A stretch of 64,000 bases of DNA. Origin: Aplysia californica. Lineage: Eukaryota. Where the stretch lies: assembly GCF_000002075.1 (NCBI RefSeq), contig NW_004797961.1, positions 107,017-171,016 on the forward strand, written 5' to 3'. The position numbers and the translations under genes were made by a program. Below are positions 62,101 to 64,000 of this stretch, piece after piece; position 1 is the stretch's first letter, and every line of letters starts with the position of its first letter. The notes below the pieces were generated by a model that was not told the origin of the DNA, searched no databases, and was given only the letters and a program-made list of their open reading frames with translations.

Positions 62101-64000
62101 TAAACTCCATCCGAATTTGCATACAGCAGACCTCTAGAAGGCTATATATCTGTGTGTTTGAAAACTTTGCATCCGATTACTCCAAGGTGGATTTTTTTTT
62201 TTTTAAATTGTTTTTTAAGAAAGTGAAATGAGCAAGTAAATACTTAGATACTCTTGTGAAATGAATCAAATGATGATTACTGGTTGGATAAAACGTCCCC
62301 TTTCGCTTGTAATTTATAATATTATTTCCTTCAGCGGTGTTTCGAAATTGACACAAAAGATCGAGGCGAAGCACACCATTCGTTTTTGCAACTATGAGGA
62401 ATTGAGCGGGGACACAATTACGGCAGTCAGCATTTGACGGCAAACGGTTGTTGTGTTGTTTTTATGTGTGAACTTTACACTGGAAGGTTGACGGGATTTA
62501 CAATTCTACGTTGTTGGGGATCATGATAAATTGTGAAAACATCTGTCTCCTTCATACAGAATGCAGAAGCGTATTATGTTGATGTAGAAACGAGAATACT
62601 TTATTTGAAGTTATGGTTGTTTCCAAAAAAGAGATGAAGCTTTATTTTTTCAACAATATTTTGTACTTGCTTTCTTGCAAATTGTTTGCTCTCATTCACT
62701 CCTTTCCACCTTGCGCCTGGGTTTTGCTTTTGTTTTGTATTTGTTTTTTGGGTTGTTGTTTTTTTTTCTTGTTCAGTATGGATTGGTTGTTATGGCGGAA
62801 AAAATATTTCTAAAATCAAGTTATGATAATTAGGACATTCATTTTCAAAGACATTTTTGGGGTGTTTATTTCAAGACGTTGATTTAAATTTCCCTGCTTG
62901 TGCAGATTAACTTTTGTTTTAGTCTAGTGGTATCCAGACTACTGTAGGAGAATATAAATGCAGACTTTTATGGGTAAGTTTAAGATTTGTGAAATCTACT
63001 TCTGGTTAATAATGGAATAATGTCCAACACTGTGGAGAATTAAAACAGCCCAGCATCTATGGAGGGGTCTAGTGAAATCAGGCATTCTTCTCTCTAAAGT
63101 ATTGCGTATGGACTCGTTTCAAGTTGTAGTGCGTAGTAGCATTAGATACACTTTTCTTTTCCTCTATCGTTAGATATTTGGTTTCAACTTGAGAGTGAAG
63201 TTGTTGCTCGATTGTAGATGAATAAATTCCATTTTGTTATACAAAGGCATTGAAAAAATTATATGCATCAATATAATATACTTGGTTTTTATAACAATTA
63301 TACTCCAGTTTATTAAATTAATGTTTTTTCGCCCCCCCACTCAAATTCCAACGATGAATGTTTTTCTTTATGATGGCGTGTTTTAATTAAGCTTTGCTCT
63401 ATTGGATTGACAGTGTGGACGAATGTTGTGTTGGGTTTCTGTTGTTGTAGTTGTTGTTGAGACTTTGCCTCCACTCCACGCGTCGAGGGAGTCTGCGGGG
63501 CGACAAAGTGGCGTTGGGTCTCAACTGTTTGCATTGCCTGGTTCGTTGCCGTGTATCAAAAGTTGTCATGTGAGAAGCGACGAGTATGACGACAGAAGAG
63601 CTTTGTTATGATGATTAGCCTGCTCAAGAGTAGATTTCTATCTCTACCTCACCCCCCCACCTCAGCTTGAGCTTCATTTTGTCATTCCCTCCTTCATCCT
63701 TTTATTATGATTATAATTATTATTACTATAACAATTACTACTATTACAATAATTATTATTCTTTTTGAAAGGAAAAATCAGTATGTGTGTAGGTTCTTGT
63801 CCACAGCCCTTCTTTTGTTGAAAAAAGCCCTTATATGCAAAGTGAAGTGATACGTTATTCTATTTTAATTTTTCGTTTGCAAGCAATATGTAACATGAAG
63901 TAATATTTATGTACTTAAAAAAAAAAAATTTTTGTCAGCGCACTTCGTTGTTTCGTCTAAAGTTGAATGAAGGAAAGATGTATTTTTTGCAGGTTTCTGC

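Noticed and set aside
61625-62443. Minus-strand ORFs of 165 and 88 aa
   Set aside because: No recognisable motif or consistent splice structure; a decayed gene cannot be excluded without a homology search.

Overview
Eukaryotic animal genomic DNA, not prokaryotic. The SINE/MITE content and CTAGATCTAG tracts suggest a lophotrochozoan, probably a mollusc (inference). There are two N gaps (25774-25873, 33265-33932). I reconstructed five genes by hand from GT-AG sites with consistent intron phases: RBM22 (-, 9 coding exons, 486 aa) head-to-head with DXO/Rai1 (+, 7 exons, 409 aa; last exon duplicated across a gap); NUF2 (-, 12 coding exons, 445 aa) head-to-head with ELP6 (+, 2 exons, 268 aa); and, 303 nt after the ELP6 stop, an intronless 1115-aa ORF with an intact SMUG1 uracil-DNA glycosylase core between ~365 aa and ~510 aa of low-complexity arms. 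The main candidate for a new system is the ELP6-SMUG1 unit: a possible shared or bicistronic transcript with uORFs, a perfect splice donor just before the SMUG1 ATG, and a giant disordered SMUG1. Other notable items: a retroposon inserted into RBM22 exon 5 whose target-site duplication rebuilt the splice acceptor; an in-frame duplicated donor in NUF2; a headless ~180-bp retroposon family oriented almost always sense to its host gene; three-level nested SINEs; and foldback elements with telomeric cores. Gene identities come from my recall of family motifs, not from database searches.
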